Source: Minisyncoccia bacterium (lineage in GTDB: Bacteria; Patescibacteriota; Minisyncoccia; Phycocordibacterales; CAJBRS01). From it: a stretch of DNA of 64,000 bases. The translations under genes were made by a program, and so were the position numbers. Each line of letters begins with the position of its first letter. Position 1 is the first letter of the stretch. The notes below the pieces were generated by a model. It saw only the letters and a list, made by a program, of their open reading frames with translations, did no database searches and had not been told where the DNA came from. This document shows positions 20,911-30,789 of the stretch, piece after piece. The stretch lies in the NCBI GenBank assembly GCA_038215155.1, contig JBBQRF010000003.1:553-64552 (forward strand), given 5' to 3'.

Positions 20911-21801
20911 ATGACATTACGAGAAATTCTCAAAAAAAATGATTTTGTGAGAAAGAGTTATTATTTTTTGATTTTATTAAAAAATTACTTTTTCAGTTTG
21001 ATTCACAAAATAAGACTATTTCTCTACTTTCCTAAAGAATCAGCCATGTTAAAGGATTTAAGAATTGAGATAAGAAAAATATTCCCTTTGAATTTAAATT
21101 TAAAAAATCATACGCGGTTTTTTCAAGGAAAGAATATTCTGGGATATCCAACTATGAGTTTTTTAATAAAAGATGGTAAGAAGGTGGGATGGGAAGAGGG
21201 GAAGATGATTATTGATGGAGCGGAAATGCACATATTACAACTTTCAGTAGATCGTGAAATTAATTTCCCTACTCTTTTTAAAAAACATAGACCGGAAGTA
21301 GTTGTGGATTTTGGAACAGCTTCAGGTGGGACGGCCGTTTTTTTCTATAATCTTGTCGAAGAATATTCAAAACCACGCATTCTTTCGATAGATATAACAG
21401 ATAAAGATTTTCAAAGTGCCAATGAATTTCATAAGAAAAATCATACTTTAGAAAAGGTAAAATTTCTTTTTAATAAGAGCTCTCTTGATTGTTTTGAGGA
21501 AGTAAAAAATTTCCTTCAAGAGGGGAGTAAAGAGGCGCGAATCTTGCTTTCTTTTGACGACCACCATACGTATGAACACACATTCCACGAACTCCAACTG
21601 TATTCTAGTTTATTAAAATCAGGAGATATAATTCTGATGCAAGATACATGGAACCAAGACCTTTATGGTCACGAGACTTCGCCGCTACTATCCGTTTACC
21701 GATTTTTAAAAGAAAATCCGGACTTTCGATTGGATGAAGATTTTAATAAGAATTTAGTGCTTCCGTGTAATTTTATCTATGGAGTTCTTATAAAAAGATA
21801 G
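20911..21801 (+). CDS. Putative SAM-dependent methyltransferase (CmcI / rhamnosyl-O-methyltransferase-like)
   Basis: VVVDFGTASGGTAVFF motif. Confidence 0.35.
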   Translation: MTLREILKKNDFVRKSYYFLILLKNYFFSLIHKIRLFLYFPKESAMLKDLRIEIRKIFPLNLNLKNHTRFFQGKNILGYPTMSFLIKDGKKVGWEEGKMIIDGAEMHILQLSVDREINFPTLFKKHRPEVVVDFGTASGGTAVFFYNLVEEYSKPRILSIDITDKDFQSANEFHKKNHTLEKVKFLFNKSSLDCFEEVKNFLQEGSKEARILLSFDDHHTYEHTFHELQLYSSLLKSGDIILMQDTWNQDLYGHETSPLLSVYRFLKENPDFRLDEDFNKNLVLPCNFIYGVLIKR

Positions 21802-21805
21802 GGGA

Positions 21806-22375
21806 TTAAAGCATTTTAGATAATCCGGGAAAAGAAGGATTTATTATTTCGTAAGGCACTTTAGTTTCTGAAATTTTTTTATAATTATATTTTTTCATCC
21901 ACTCAACATTATCTCTCTCTTTAGTTCCACCCTCAAATAATACTATCGATCCATTTTCAACTTGGTCTCTCACTGCTTGATAAAGCATCTCAATAGTTTC
22001 ACCCTTATTGGAAATATCTAAATGTAATAGGTCAAACGATTCTGGATGCTTAATCCAATCAAAGAAATCCATTTCTACAAACTCTACATATTTTTCCAGG
22101 TTATATTTTTTTATATTGTCTATGGTTTGCTGTTTGGCAACATGTTTATATGGATATTTTTCCCATAAGTCGTAGGCAAAAATTTTTCCTTGCCAGCTTC
22201 CAATCTCTTTCTCGATAGTACTTAAGGCCATAGCCATAGCTATCGTAGAATATCCGTCCAGCACCCCAAAATCGATAATTTTTTTCGGCTTCTGTTTAAG
22301 TACAATATCAAAGAGGCTTCTTCCCAGATCGTTCTCTTTATAAGACGACTCTATTTTAGGATTCTGATATTCCAT
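21806..22375 (-). CDS. O-methyltransferase (Methyltransf_24-like)
   Basis: IIDFGVLDGYSTIAMAMA SAM-binding motif. 189 aa. Confidence 0.45.
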   Translation of the reverse strand: MEYQNPKIESSYKENDLGRSLFDIVLKQKPKKIIDFGVLDGYSTIAMAMALSTIEKEIGSWQGKIFAYDLWEKYPYKHVAKQQTIDNIKKYNLEKYVEFVEMDFFDWIKHPESFDLLHLDISNKGETIEMLYQAVRDQVENGSIVLFEGGTKERDNVEWMKKYNYKKISETKVPYEIINPSFPGLSKML

Positions 22376-22378
22376 GCC

Positions 22379-23419
22379 TCATTTTTTTCGGTAGTATTCA
22401 TCGAGTAATGCACCAATTCTTTTTACATCTGAGACCCTTACACCATGGTGCATAGGGAAGATAAAATATTGATTCTCGATTTTGTCCATTACGGGAAAGG
22501 GCTTTCGACCGCCAAAAACCGTGTATTTGTCATTTCGATAATGATATACCCCTGTTTCTACTCCTCGTTCTTTTAAGAAAGCCATTAGATTTTGACGATC
22601 TGGAACCAGCATATGAGAAAACCAGATTGAAGGAACGGCATTAATGAGGGCATATTCTCCCATTAATTTTTTTCGATGGGCAATAAGTTTATCAATCACT
22701 GCGAGATTACCACGACCGGTAGCAGCAGTAATGTCATTCATATGGTATTTATACCCTGCCTCTATAAGATCAGTATCTCCTTTTTTTTGTTTCTCCTCTC
22801 TGTCGTAACCAAACCATCGAAGCCGGCGAGCTCTTTCATAATGTTCTTTATTTTTACAAATCAAAAATCCTCCATCGCCACTAGTCAAGGTCTTAATAGC
22901 TTGAAGGGAGACACAGGTAAAATCAGCTTTACCCCAAAAATCACTACCGACTGCTTGAGCAGCGTCTTCAATCAAGGTAATGCCTTTGGATGCGCATATC
23001 TCTAATAATTCCTTTAATCCTCTGTTGTTGCCACCGAAATGGACGAATACTACTGCCTTAGTCTTATCAGTGATTTTATTCTTAACATCTTCTACATTAA
23101 TGTTCAAATCTATATCAGTATCGGCAAACACTATCTTTACTTGGCGGGTTATTAGAGGAAGATTAGTTGCGGTACAAGTAAGTACAGGGGTAATTATTTC
23201 ATCTCCTGCCTGAAGTCCAGCTAATTCATATGCAAGGGTTAAGGCAGTGGTTCCAGAATTTAGAGCTACTACATTCTCCAGTTTAAATTTTTTACCAAAT
23301 TCTGCCTCAAATTTTTTTACCTCAGGACCTTCCGCTAGTTGATCAGAACGTAACACTCGAACAGTGTTCCAGATAGCTCTCCAGGAGACATAAGGTTTAA
23401 AGAGTTTTATTTTTCGCAT
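22379..23419 (-). CDS. DegT/DnrJ/EryC1/StrS-family PLP-dependent sugar aminotransferase
   Basis: LNSGTTALTLAYELAGLQAGDEIITP, plus the overall length and pattern. Confidence 0.85.
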   Translation of the reverse strand: MRKIKLFKPYVSWRAIWNTVRVLRSDQLAEGPEVKKFEAEFGKKFKLENVVALNSGTTALTLAYELAGLQAGDEIITPVLTCTATNLPLITRQVKIVFADTDIDLNINVEDVKNKITDKTKAVVFVHFGGNNRGLKELLEICASKGITLIEDAAQAVGSDFWGKADFTCVSLQAIKTLTSGDGGFLICKNKEHYERARRLRWFGYDREEKQKKGDTDLIEAGYKYHMNDITAATGRGNLAVIDKLIAHRKKLMGEYALINAVPSIWFSHMLVPDRQNLMAFLKERGVETGVYHYRNDKYTVFGGRKPFPVMDKIENQYFIFPMHHGVRVSDVKRIGALLDEYYRKK

Positions 23420-24351
23420 AAATATTCTTTCAGACCTTCATTAAACGAATAAATAGGTTTCCATCCAAGTTCACTTATTCTTGATGCATCCATCTGATAT
23501 TTGTTATCCATACCAGACCGTTCACTCGGATGAGTCAAACATTTTTTGCCCGTAAGGGTTTCGGCCACCTGTATTAATTCTTCTACCGTGTACCCATCAT
23601 TCAAAGTAATATTATAGGTTTGGTTGCCTTTTTCCAAGATTAAGTCGATAGCCGAGGGAATATTTTTAACATAAATATATTCTCTGTATCCTGTACCACC
23701 ATTGTGCAAGGGAATAGAATAATTATCATCCAGGCTCTCTTTTATTGCTGGCATTATTTTTCGCTTGTCTTGTCTTGGTCCGAAGACATTGCAGAATCTA
23801 GTTTCGGCTGTTTTATCCCGAATCTCCTTATAAGTATTATCAAAAGCATATCTTAGAATGGAACCCGCTGCTTTTGAACAAGAATAAGGGTTTTTAGGAA
23901 AAATTATTTCATCCTCTTTCTTAGGGTGTTCGCATTCTCCATAGACCTCATCAGTAGAAACGTATATGAGTTTCTTTAAATCGGGAAGCAGGCGGCATGC
24001 TTCAAAGATATTTAGATTTCCCATAATATTTTCCTTTAAAGTCAGATAAGGATTTTTTATGGAGTAATCTACGTCAGAAATTGCAGCAGCATGTATAACA
24101 TAGTCAGGTTTCTCATCAAGTATCATCTTATTTACCCCCGGATCGGCAACGTTGAATTTGTGGTATTTAAATGAACCATCGATTATCTCTGGATGGGAAC
24201 CCGCTGATTCATTATCTATGACAATTACATCCCATCCCTTTTTTACAAAATACTCTGTAATATGAGAGAAAATAAAGCCGAGACCTCCAGTGATTATGAT
24301 TTTGGGCATAAGGTAAATGGAAGTATATAATAATCCAATGGAACTCGTCAA
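23407..24351 (-). CDS. NAD-dependent nucleotide-sugar epimerase/dehydratase (extended SDR)
   Basis: N-terminal ITGGLGFIFSH Rossmann motif and the YSCSK catalytic YxxxK. Confidence 0.8.
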   Translation of the reverse strand: MTSSIGLLYTSIYLMPKIIITGGLGFIFSHITEYFVKKGWDVIVIDNESAGSHPEIIDGSFKYHKFNVADPGVNKMILDEKPDYVIHAAAISDVDYSIKNPYLTLKENIMGNLNIFEACRLLPDLKKLIYVSTDEVYGECEHPKKEDEIIFPKNPYSCSKAAGSILRYAFDNTYKEIRDKTAETRFCNVFGPRQDKRKIMPAIKESLDDNYSIPLHNGGTGYREYIYVKNIPSAIDLILEKGNQTYNITLNDGYTVEELIQVAETLTGKKCLTHPSERSGMDNKYQMDASRISELGWKPIYSFNEGLKEYLCEK

Positions 24352-25018
24352 AACGGCAATTATTTTACCTACTGCCTTAGGTACTACATTACAAAATAAT
24401 AGAGAAGAGGTAGAAAAAAGAATTAATCAATATACTTCTGGGTTTTATCAGGTGTCACAGTTGTGCGAAAAGTTCTCAAAGTTCGATTTGTTTTTAGTGG
24501 ACACTACCATAGCAGATTTGAATAAACTCGATGATCGTATTCTTCAATCTCTAGATCAAATTAATTCAAAGGAACGATTATTCTCTTTTGACAACGAGGC
24601 CGGAAAGAAAAACAAAGGAGCAGGTTTGATTACGCAATGGAAAAAAGTACTACCTTATTTAGGAGATTATGAATATATTATAAGTTTTGAACCACGACAA
24701 AAGCTTATAAATTTTGAATTTTTTGAAAAATTTTTATCAAAAAAAGGTAATCATTTTCGAATTGATAGGATTCCGACAAAAAGATTAGGTTTTTTTCCTT
24801 ATACTTTGGTGGCCGTCTATACGGGCCTCTTCTCATTAAAAAGAGAATATTTGCAGAGATATTGCCAGGAAGTTTCTATTGAACGCATGCTCCGTTGGAG
24901 AATAAGTATTGAGACCGATATGTACAAATTTCTCAAAAAGAATCACATCTACATTAAGGAGCAAAGTAATCTCAACTTAATCTGGAATAATCCAGAGAAT
25001 CGGGATCTTCCTATGTAA
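24317..25018 (+). CDS. Hypothetical protein (233 aa) embedded in the glycan locus
   Basis: ORF only. Confidence 0.4.
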   Translation: MEVYNNPMELVKTAIILPTALGTTLQNNREEVEKRINQYTSGFYQVSQLCEKFSKFDLFLVDTTIADLNKLDDRILQSLDQINSKERLFSFDNEAGKKNKGAGLITQWKKVLPYLGDYEYIISFEPRQKLINFEFFEKFLSKKGNHFRIDRIPTKRLGFFPYTLVAVYTGLFSLKREYLQRYCQEVSIERMLRWRISIETDMYKFLKKNHIYIKEQSNLNLIWNNPENRDLPM

Positions 25019-25028
25019 TTAAGTGGGC

Positions 25029-26132
25029 CTAACCCAGGGCTCTATATTGGAAAATATTTCCATAGATTGCCCTTACTTCATCAATAATTTCTGGGGATTC
25101 TTCTATTATGACTATCACTCCTCGCTTAGCTAATACCTCTGCGGTTTTAAGGATTTGAGATTCCTCGATTATCCCGGTACCTTTTTTATAAGAAACACTA
25201 GATAATATGAGAGTGTTATCCTCAATCTTGCTTTGAATATGGTCAGCGTAATGCCCGGCATGGTCTTGATTCGTAGCATCCGTAGCCCCGGGTATATGAG
25301 GTTCAATTTCCATTTTACGGCTAAAAAAACTTAAGGCGCGATTGTCGCGCGGAAAACAAGGTCCGCCATAACCATATCCCCATTTTAAATAAGAATTTCC
25401 GACCCTTGAGTCAGCGCCAATGGCGTTTAAAATAACGGTCGGGTCAGCTCCAGTTTTATAAGCAACATTTCCTATAAAATTAGCAAAAGAGATCTTAGTA
25501 GTAATGAAGCAATTCAAAGATATTTTAGTTATTTCCGCTTCGGTCGCAGTCATTAGGTGGTGAGAAGGTTCATTAAGAGTTAATTTTTCATACACCTCTT
25601 TAATTTTATTCCCTGCTTTTTCATCAGCTTGGCCAATTAACACTATATCGGGATAAAGTTGGTCGTTAACAACCGTCCCTTGGGCAATAAATTCTGGATT
25701 ATAAGAAATAAAATGACTTTTTAGGTTTAATCGTTGAGTGAGTTTTTGAGAATATCCCGGCATCACAGTAGCCCCAATAACGAAATCAATTCTACTACCG
25801 CCTTCTTTTAAAAGGGGATAAATTTGGTCAAAAAAATTATCAATCTGGGAATGATCGTAGTCGCCGGTTGCTAGTGAAGGAGTGGCCACTAAGATAAAAA
25901 CTAAACTGGCATTTAAGATCTCTTCAATTTGGTCAGTATAAGTAATATTACTAGAATTTTGTAATAGATCATTGACCCCTGCTTCTTTACTGACAAATGT
26001 CTTTTTCCGCAGGCTTTCAAGATATTCTTTTCGAATATCATAGGCAATAATATCGTAACCCGCTCTTTCTAAATTAAGAGCAAAGCAAAGGCCTAATTTT
26101 CCAATACCCACTATAGCGATAGGGGAGTTCAT
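25029..26132 (-). CDS. UDP-glucose/GDP-mannose dehydrogenase-family nucleotide-sugar dehydrogenase
   Basis: N-terminal IAIVGIGKLGLCFALNL and GYGYGGPCFPRD. Confidence 0.8.
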   Translation of the reverse strand: MNSPIAIVGIGKLGLCFALNLERAGYDIIAYDIRKEYLESLRKKTFVSKEAGVNDLLQNSSNITYTDQIEEILNASLVFILVATPSLATGDYDHSQIDNFFDQIYPLLKEGGSRIDFVIGATVMPGYSQKLTQRLNLKSHFISYNPEFIAQGTVVNDQLYPDIVLIGQADEKAGNKIKEVYEKLTLNEPSHHLMTATEAEITKISLNCFITTKISFANFIGNVAYKTGADPTVILNAIGADSRVGNSYLKWGYGYGGPCFPRDNRALSFFSRKMEIEPHIPGATDATNQDHAGHYADHIQSKIEDNTLILSSVSYKKGTGIIEESQILKTAEVLAKRGVIVIIEESPEIIDEVRAIYGNIFQYRALG

Positions 26133-26173
26133 TTGATATATTTTAATTAATTAGTCTAACCCCAATAGTATAT

Positions 26174-27175
26174 TTGAAATTTTATGAAATCCAAATCAGT
26201 CCAAATAACTACGCCTATACCAAGATGAACCTAAAAACCCGTCTTTTTATTTTTTATATCTACGTCAAGAGAATGCGAGCCCGGCTTTCTGTTGAAGAAA
26301 AGAGGATTAAGGGCGTTAATATTAAGCCGAACATGGTCGGGGGGCCGAAAGAATCCATTAAGCAAAATCTTTTTTTACTTGGTTCTTATAGGATTAACTC
26401 ACCTTTAAGACAGCAGATATTCAGATTTACTACAAAATTAAATTTGGACGGGCTAATGGATTCTTCGCTAAATTATCGAGTGATCGATGCTTCCGATGCT
26501 CAATACACAAAAGACAATAAGGAAATTTTAGATAATTATAGATTAAATCTGGATTATCAAGTTCTAAGGCTGAATCAGCAAAAATCTATTTTAAAAATCC
26601 TAGAATCGTCCCCAGAGTCTTATTTTTGCATGGTTTATGATGACCAGCCAATTATTGGTTTAAACCAGGATTTTTTTGAAGCATGCCTCTCTCTTCTGAA
26701 AGATTTTAATGGACTAGTAACCCTAATCTTGATTGAATCCGCTCTTAAATACCAGATAAATCCTGAAAGTAAAAAAATTTATTATGATCTCGAGAGTTTA
26801 GAGTATAAAGACAAAAGATGGGAACCTCTTAGGATTGTCCATTATGGTAATTATTCTTTTGCTATTATTTTTAATTATCATTACGGTTTCTTTTTCAATA
26901 CCATTATTGCTTCCCGGCAAGAATACTCAAAAAAATTAAAATGGTATATGGATCATGTAAAAAACGATAATTCACAATACATTGAATTGGCCGGCATGAA
27001 GCGTCAAGGTCCTGTATATAATTATATAGCTGTACCTCTACAGGCCGTAATGTTCAATATTGATTGTGCTGGTACGGAAATATCAATTAGAGAACAAGAT
27101 AATGACCCTCGAATCCTATTCGATGCATTAAGTGATGGCTATCAATTTGAAGCACGACCTTTTAAAACAGAATAG
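26174..27175 (+). CDS. Hypothetical protein (333 aa)
   Basis: ORF only. Confidence 0.4.
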   Translation: MKFYEIQISPNNYAYTKMNLKTRLFIFYIYVKRMRARLSVEEKRIKGVNIKPNMVGGPKESIKQNLFLLGSYRINSPLRQQIFRFTTKLNLDGLMDSSLNYRVIDASDAQYTKDNKEILDNYRLNLDYQVLRLNQQKSILKILESSPESYFCMVYDDQPIIGLNQDFFEACLSLLKDFNGLVTLILIESALKYQINPESKKIYYDLESLEYKDKRWEPLRIVHYGNYSFAIIFNYHYGFFFNTIIASRQEYSKKLKWYMDHVKNDNSQYIELAGMKRQGPVYNYIAVPLQAVMFNIDCAGTEISIREQDNDPRILFDALSDGYQFEARPFKTE

Positions 27176-28446
27176 AGGCGACTGCGGGTCTCCGGGAATA
27201 GCAATAAAGCAAAGACTGTAAAAAAATAAGAAATAAAAGTTGCCCAAGCCGCTCCTTTAATGCCCCACCTTGGTATCAAATATATATTTAATAAAATATT
27301 AACTATCATGGCCGAGAGAGAAGAGATAAAAATAATTCCTTGCCTTTCTTCCGCCAAAAGAAAATGTTGAGCTAAAAGAAATAGGGAAATGCTAACCCCA
27401 CTCCAGACATAAATTTGTAAAATAGGAACTGATTGAATAAATTCCCTCCCATAGAGTATTTTAATAATAAAAGGGGCGGCGAGGGTAATAATTAATCCTA
27501 CTGCCGAAGAAATGCCGAGAAGCAATAAAAACAGTTTTTTTATTCTCTGGAAATATAATAATTCGGAAACTTTTTTTGCATTCATAATTGCAGGAAATAG
27601 GGCCGTAATTATTATGGTTGGAATAAAATACCACATCTCAGCAATTCTTACGGCTGCATCATAAATTCCTACGGATGAAGTATTAAGCATATTTTTTATC
27701 ATAATTTGATCAATACGAGAATAAATAATAGCGAAGGCAGCAGAAAACATTAAAGGCCATGACTGAGAAAGCATTTTTTTGACTATATCCCACTTAACTA
27801 CTAGAGGAAAAAGAGCTCCATTAATTTTTTTGTATATCATTATAGAACCCAGTCCAATAAGGATTGGATCGAGGATGATGGCTAAGGAGATATAGATAAT
27901 GCCTTTCCCTAGGAAAATAATTAGTAACTTAAAAGCATTAATAATAAGTGAAACTAATATAGAAAGAATAGAGGGATATTTTATTTCAGCTCTTGCCTGA
28001 AAATAATAACCAATTACATTCCAGGGGGTGAATAAATACGTTAGCGAAAGTAAAAATATGAGATAAACAGAAATATCACGAGGAGAAAAGAAATAAGCTG
28101 AAACGAATACAATTAAAATAGTTATTATCCCTCCCGCAATCTTTATAAACAAAGTGGTACTTAAATAATCATCCCTTTTGTCTGGGTGATTTATTAACTC
28201 TCTAAATAATATTTGATCTAATCCTAAAGAAGCTAGAAAAGAGAATATACCAACAAAACTAACAGCATAGCTAAGCTGACCATAATTTTCCGGACCGAGC
28301 TTTCGAACTATGTAAATTACAGAAAAGAACGCGATGAAACTATTTATTGCTCGCGCTGATACCATCCAACTCATATTGGAGCCATAACGGCGAATGCCGC
28401 CATGATTTAGTAATTTTTTAATAGGATCGTAAAACATAAGGAGCAC
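27142..28446 (-). CDS. Wzx-type polysaccharide flippase (MOP superfamily)
   Basis: 434 aa with about 12 TM helices. Confidence 0.7.
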   Translation of the reverse strand: MLLMFYDPIKKLLNHGGIRRYGSNMSWMVSARAINSFIAFFSVIYIVRKLGPENYGQLSYAVSFVGIFSFLASLGLDQILFRELINHPDKRDDYLSTTLFIKIAGGIITILIVFVSAYFFSPRDISVYLIFLLSLTYLFTPWNVIGYYFQARAEIKYPSILSILVSLIINAFKLLIIFLGKGIIYISLAIILDPILIGLGSIMIYKKINGALFPLVVKWDIVKKMLSQSWPLMFSAAFAIIYSRIDQIMIKNMLNTSSVGIYDAAVRIAEMWYFIPTIIITALFPAIMNAKKVSELLYFQRIKKLFLLLLGISSAVGLIITLAAPFIIKILYGREFIQSVPILQIYVWSGVSISLFLLAQHFLLAEERQGIIFISSLSAMIVNILLNIYLIPRWGIKGAAWATFISYFFTVFALLLFPETRSRLYSVLKGRASN

Positions 28447-28503
28447 TCATAATACCATCAATTTTCTAAGTGTAATTTTCATGTTATACTATATTTTGTA
28501 ATT

Positions 28504-30741
28504 ATGACTTTAAACAAAATTCTCCGCTATACCGCTATTTCGGCTATTTTTCTTATTCCATTTTTAGCATTAGTGGTTTCTTCCTCATTGTTTTTCCCTT
28601 ACATTACCGGGAAAAACTTTCTCTTTAGGATTCTTGTCGAGATTGGTTTTGTCTCTTGGGCTATGCTTGCTTTTCGTGACTCTGCTTATCGACCACGTTG
28701 GCGAAGCCCTATAGTTCTTGCTCTATCTATCTTCATGCTAATTGTTTTTTTAGCTGATCTTTTTGGTGTCACCTTTTACAAAAGTTTTTGGAGCAATTTT
28801 GAACGAATGGAAGGCTACATCACTTTCCTGCACCTCTTCGGTTTTTTCTTTGTAGCCAATGTCTTACTTTCCAGCACAAAACTCTGGCAGCGATTTTTTC
28901 ATCTTAATTTCGCCATCGGTATCATTTTAGGGTTTAACGGTTTACTTCAGCACTTTAAAAATGGTATCGGACGTATTGACGCGACCTTAGGAAATTCTAC
29001 TTACTTGGGAGCCCTAATGCTTTTTAATATTTTCTTTCTTTTATTTTTCTTTTTAAGAACGATTAACAATCGTCTGATTAAAAATCGGAAGTACTACTTA
29101 GCCGGCTACATTGCAGCAATTATTTTTGATACCTATATTTTGTTTTTGACTGGCACAAGAGGAGCATTTCTCGGTCTTTTGGCGGGCATTATTTTTATCG
29201 CCCTAATATTGGCCATATTTCAGAAAAAAGAAAAGGCGCTAAGAATGACGGGCATTGGCCTCCTTACTCTTGTAGTCCTTGGAGTAGGCTTCCTTTTAGT
29301 TTTTCGGGATAACAACATAGTTAAAAATACTTTTATTGGACGCTTTGCAGCGCCCGTTAACGCCATCTTTACTGGCAACATTCAGAAATTTACTGAAACT
29401 GAAGGAAAGGGAAGATTGCTTATATGGGGAGCGGCAATCAATGGGGTGAAAGAACGGCCCGTTTTAGGATGGGGACAAGAAAACTTTAATTATATTTTCA
29501 ATAAATACTATACGCCCCAAATGTATAGTCAGGAACAATGGTTTGATAGAAGTCACAACGTTTTTCTTGACTGGCTAACTCAAGCCGGTGTTCTAGGATT
29601 GCTATCGTATCTTTCCATTTTCGGCGTGCTTCTTTACGGTATATGGAAGAAAAGAAATAATGATTTTTCACTTGAAGATAAAGCTATACTTACCGGCTTA
29701 ATCATTGCCTATTTTATCCACAATCTTTTTGTTTTCGATAATATTACGAGCTATATTTTCTTCTTCAGTCTTTTGGCTTATGTTAATCGACGTCAATTTG
29801 AATCCGTAGAGGGGGAGAGGAAGATCTGGAATATTAATCCCGATATTGCTAATTTTGCTCTGACTCCTTTAGTAGGAATAGTAGTCATTGCGGCACTTTA
29901 TTTCGGAGTGGTTCGTCCTTATATTGCTTCTGCTTCACTAATCCAGGCCCTGGTGGATGAACAATCTGGAAATGTAGCTGCGACCACGGCTGATTTTAAA
30001 AGAGCCTTATTTCCATTTAATTTAGGATCACCAGAGGCGAGAGAGCAGTTACTCCTTTTAGTTCCAGCAGTAGGGAGCTCGCCTAATATTGATGCCGCTA
30101 CAAAACAAAGTGTAATTTCCTTTGCCGAGTCTCAAGCAGAAGATCAGTTAAGAAGAACTCCGAACGATGCTCGATACCATCTTTTCTATGGCTATGCCCT
30201 CGATCATTTAGGTAGCCCTCAAGACCTTGTCAAGGCAGAAAGTTATTTGGAAAAAGCTAGTGCACTTTCGCCGGGCAAACAAACTATCCTTTTTGAACTA
30301 GGTCTAAATCACTTAGCACAAAATGATAATGCTGGTGCTCTTACTATTTTGAAACGCGCTTACGACACGGAGCCACGCTATGATGAAGCCCGAATTACTT
30401 ATATTATGGCTTTAATTTACACCACTCACTTCGGCGAAGCCGCCTCACTTCTTCAAGGTGCCGACGCCACTGTATTAAATGATGATCGGATTTTGAAAGC
30501 CTATTATGTGACTAAACAATTTCAAAGTGCAATTGATGTCTATCATGCTCGGGAAGCAGCCAGTTCGACCAATGTTCAAAATTATCTCGGAGCGGCTGGA
30601 TTTTATTTAGTAATTAAAAACCCTGATGCTGCTCTTGCTGAGTTGATCAAATTAGAAGCAATATCTCCTGAATACAAGAGTCAGATTGATGGCTTCATTA
30701 AGCAAATTAAAGAAGGGAAGAATCCACTACCAATTCGGTAA
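28504..30741 (+). CDS. O-antigen ligase/polymerase (Wzy_C)-like membrane protein with C-terminal TPR repeats
   Basis: About 450 aa polytopic domain, then an Ala/Leu-rich TPR-like C-terminus. Confidence 0.7.
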   Translation: MTLNKILRYTAISAIFLIPFLALVVSSSLFFPYITGKNFLFRILVEIGFVSWAMLAFRDSAYRPRWRSPIVLALSIFMLIVFLADLFGVTFYKSFWSNFERMEGYITFLHLFGFFFVANVLLSSTKLWQRFFHLNFAIGIILGFNGLLQHFKNGIGRIDATLGNSTYLGALMLFNIFFLLFFFLRTINNRLIKNRKYYLAGYIAAIIFDTYILFLTGTRGAFLGLLAGIIFIALILAIFQKKEKALRMTGIGLLTLVVLGVGFLLVFRDNNIVKNTFIGRFAAPVNAIFTGNIQKFTETEGKGRLLIWGAAINGVKERPVLGWGQENFNYIFNKYYTPQMYSQEQWFDRSHNVFLDWLTQAGVLGLLSYLSIFGVLLYGIWKKRNNDFSLEDKAILTGLIIAYFIHNLFVFDNITSYIFFFSLLAYVNRRQFESVEGERKIWNINPDIANFALTPLVGIVVIAALYFGVVRPYIASASLIQALVDEQSGNVAATTADFKRALFPFNLGSPEAREQLLLLVPAVGSSPNIDAATKQSVISFAESQAEDQLRRTPNDARYHLFYGYALDHLGSPQDLVKAESYLEKASALSPGKQTILFELGLNHLAQNDNAGALTILKRAYDTEPRYDEARITYIMALIYTTHFGEAASLLQGADATVLNDDRILKAYYVTKQFQSAIDVYHAREAASSTNVQNYLGAAGFYLVIKNPDAALAELIKLEAISPEYKSQIDGFIKQIKEGKNPLPIR

Positions 30742-30789
30742 TAAGGGTTAATATCTAAAAACAGAACTAGCGACTCTAAAGAAAGGCAC

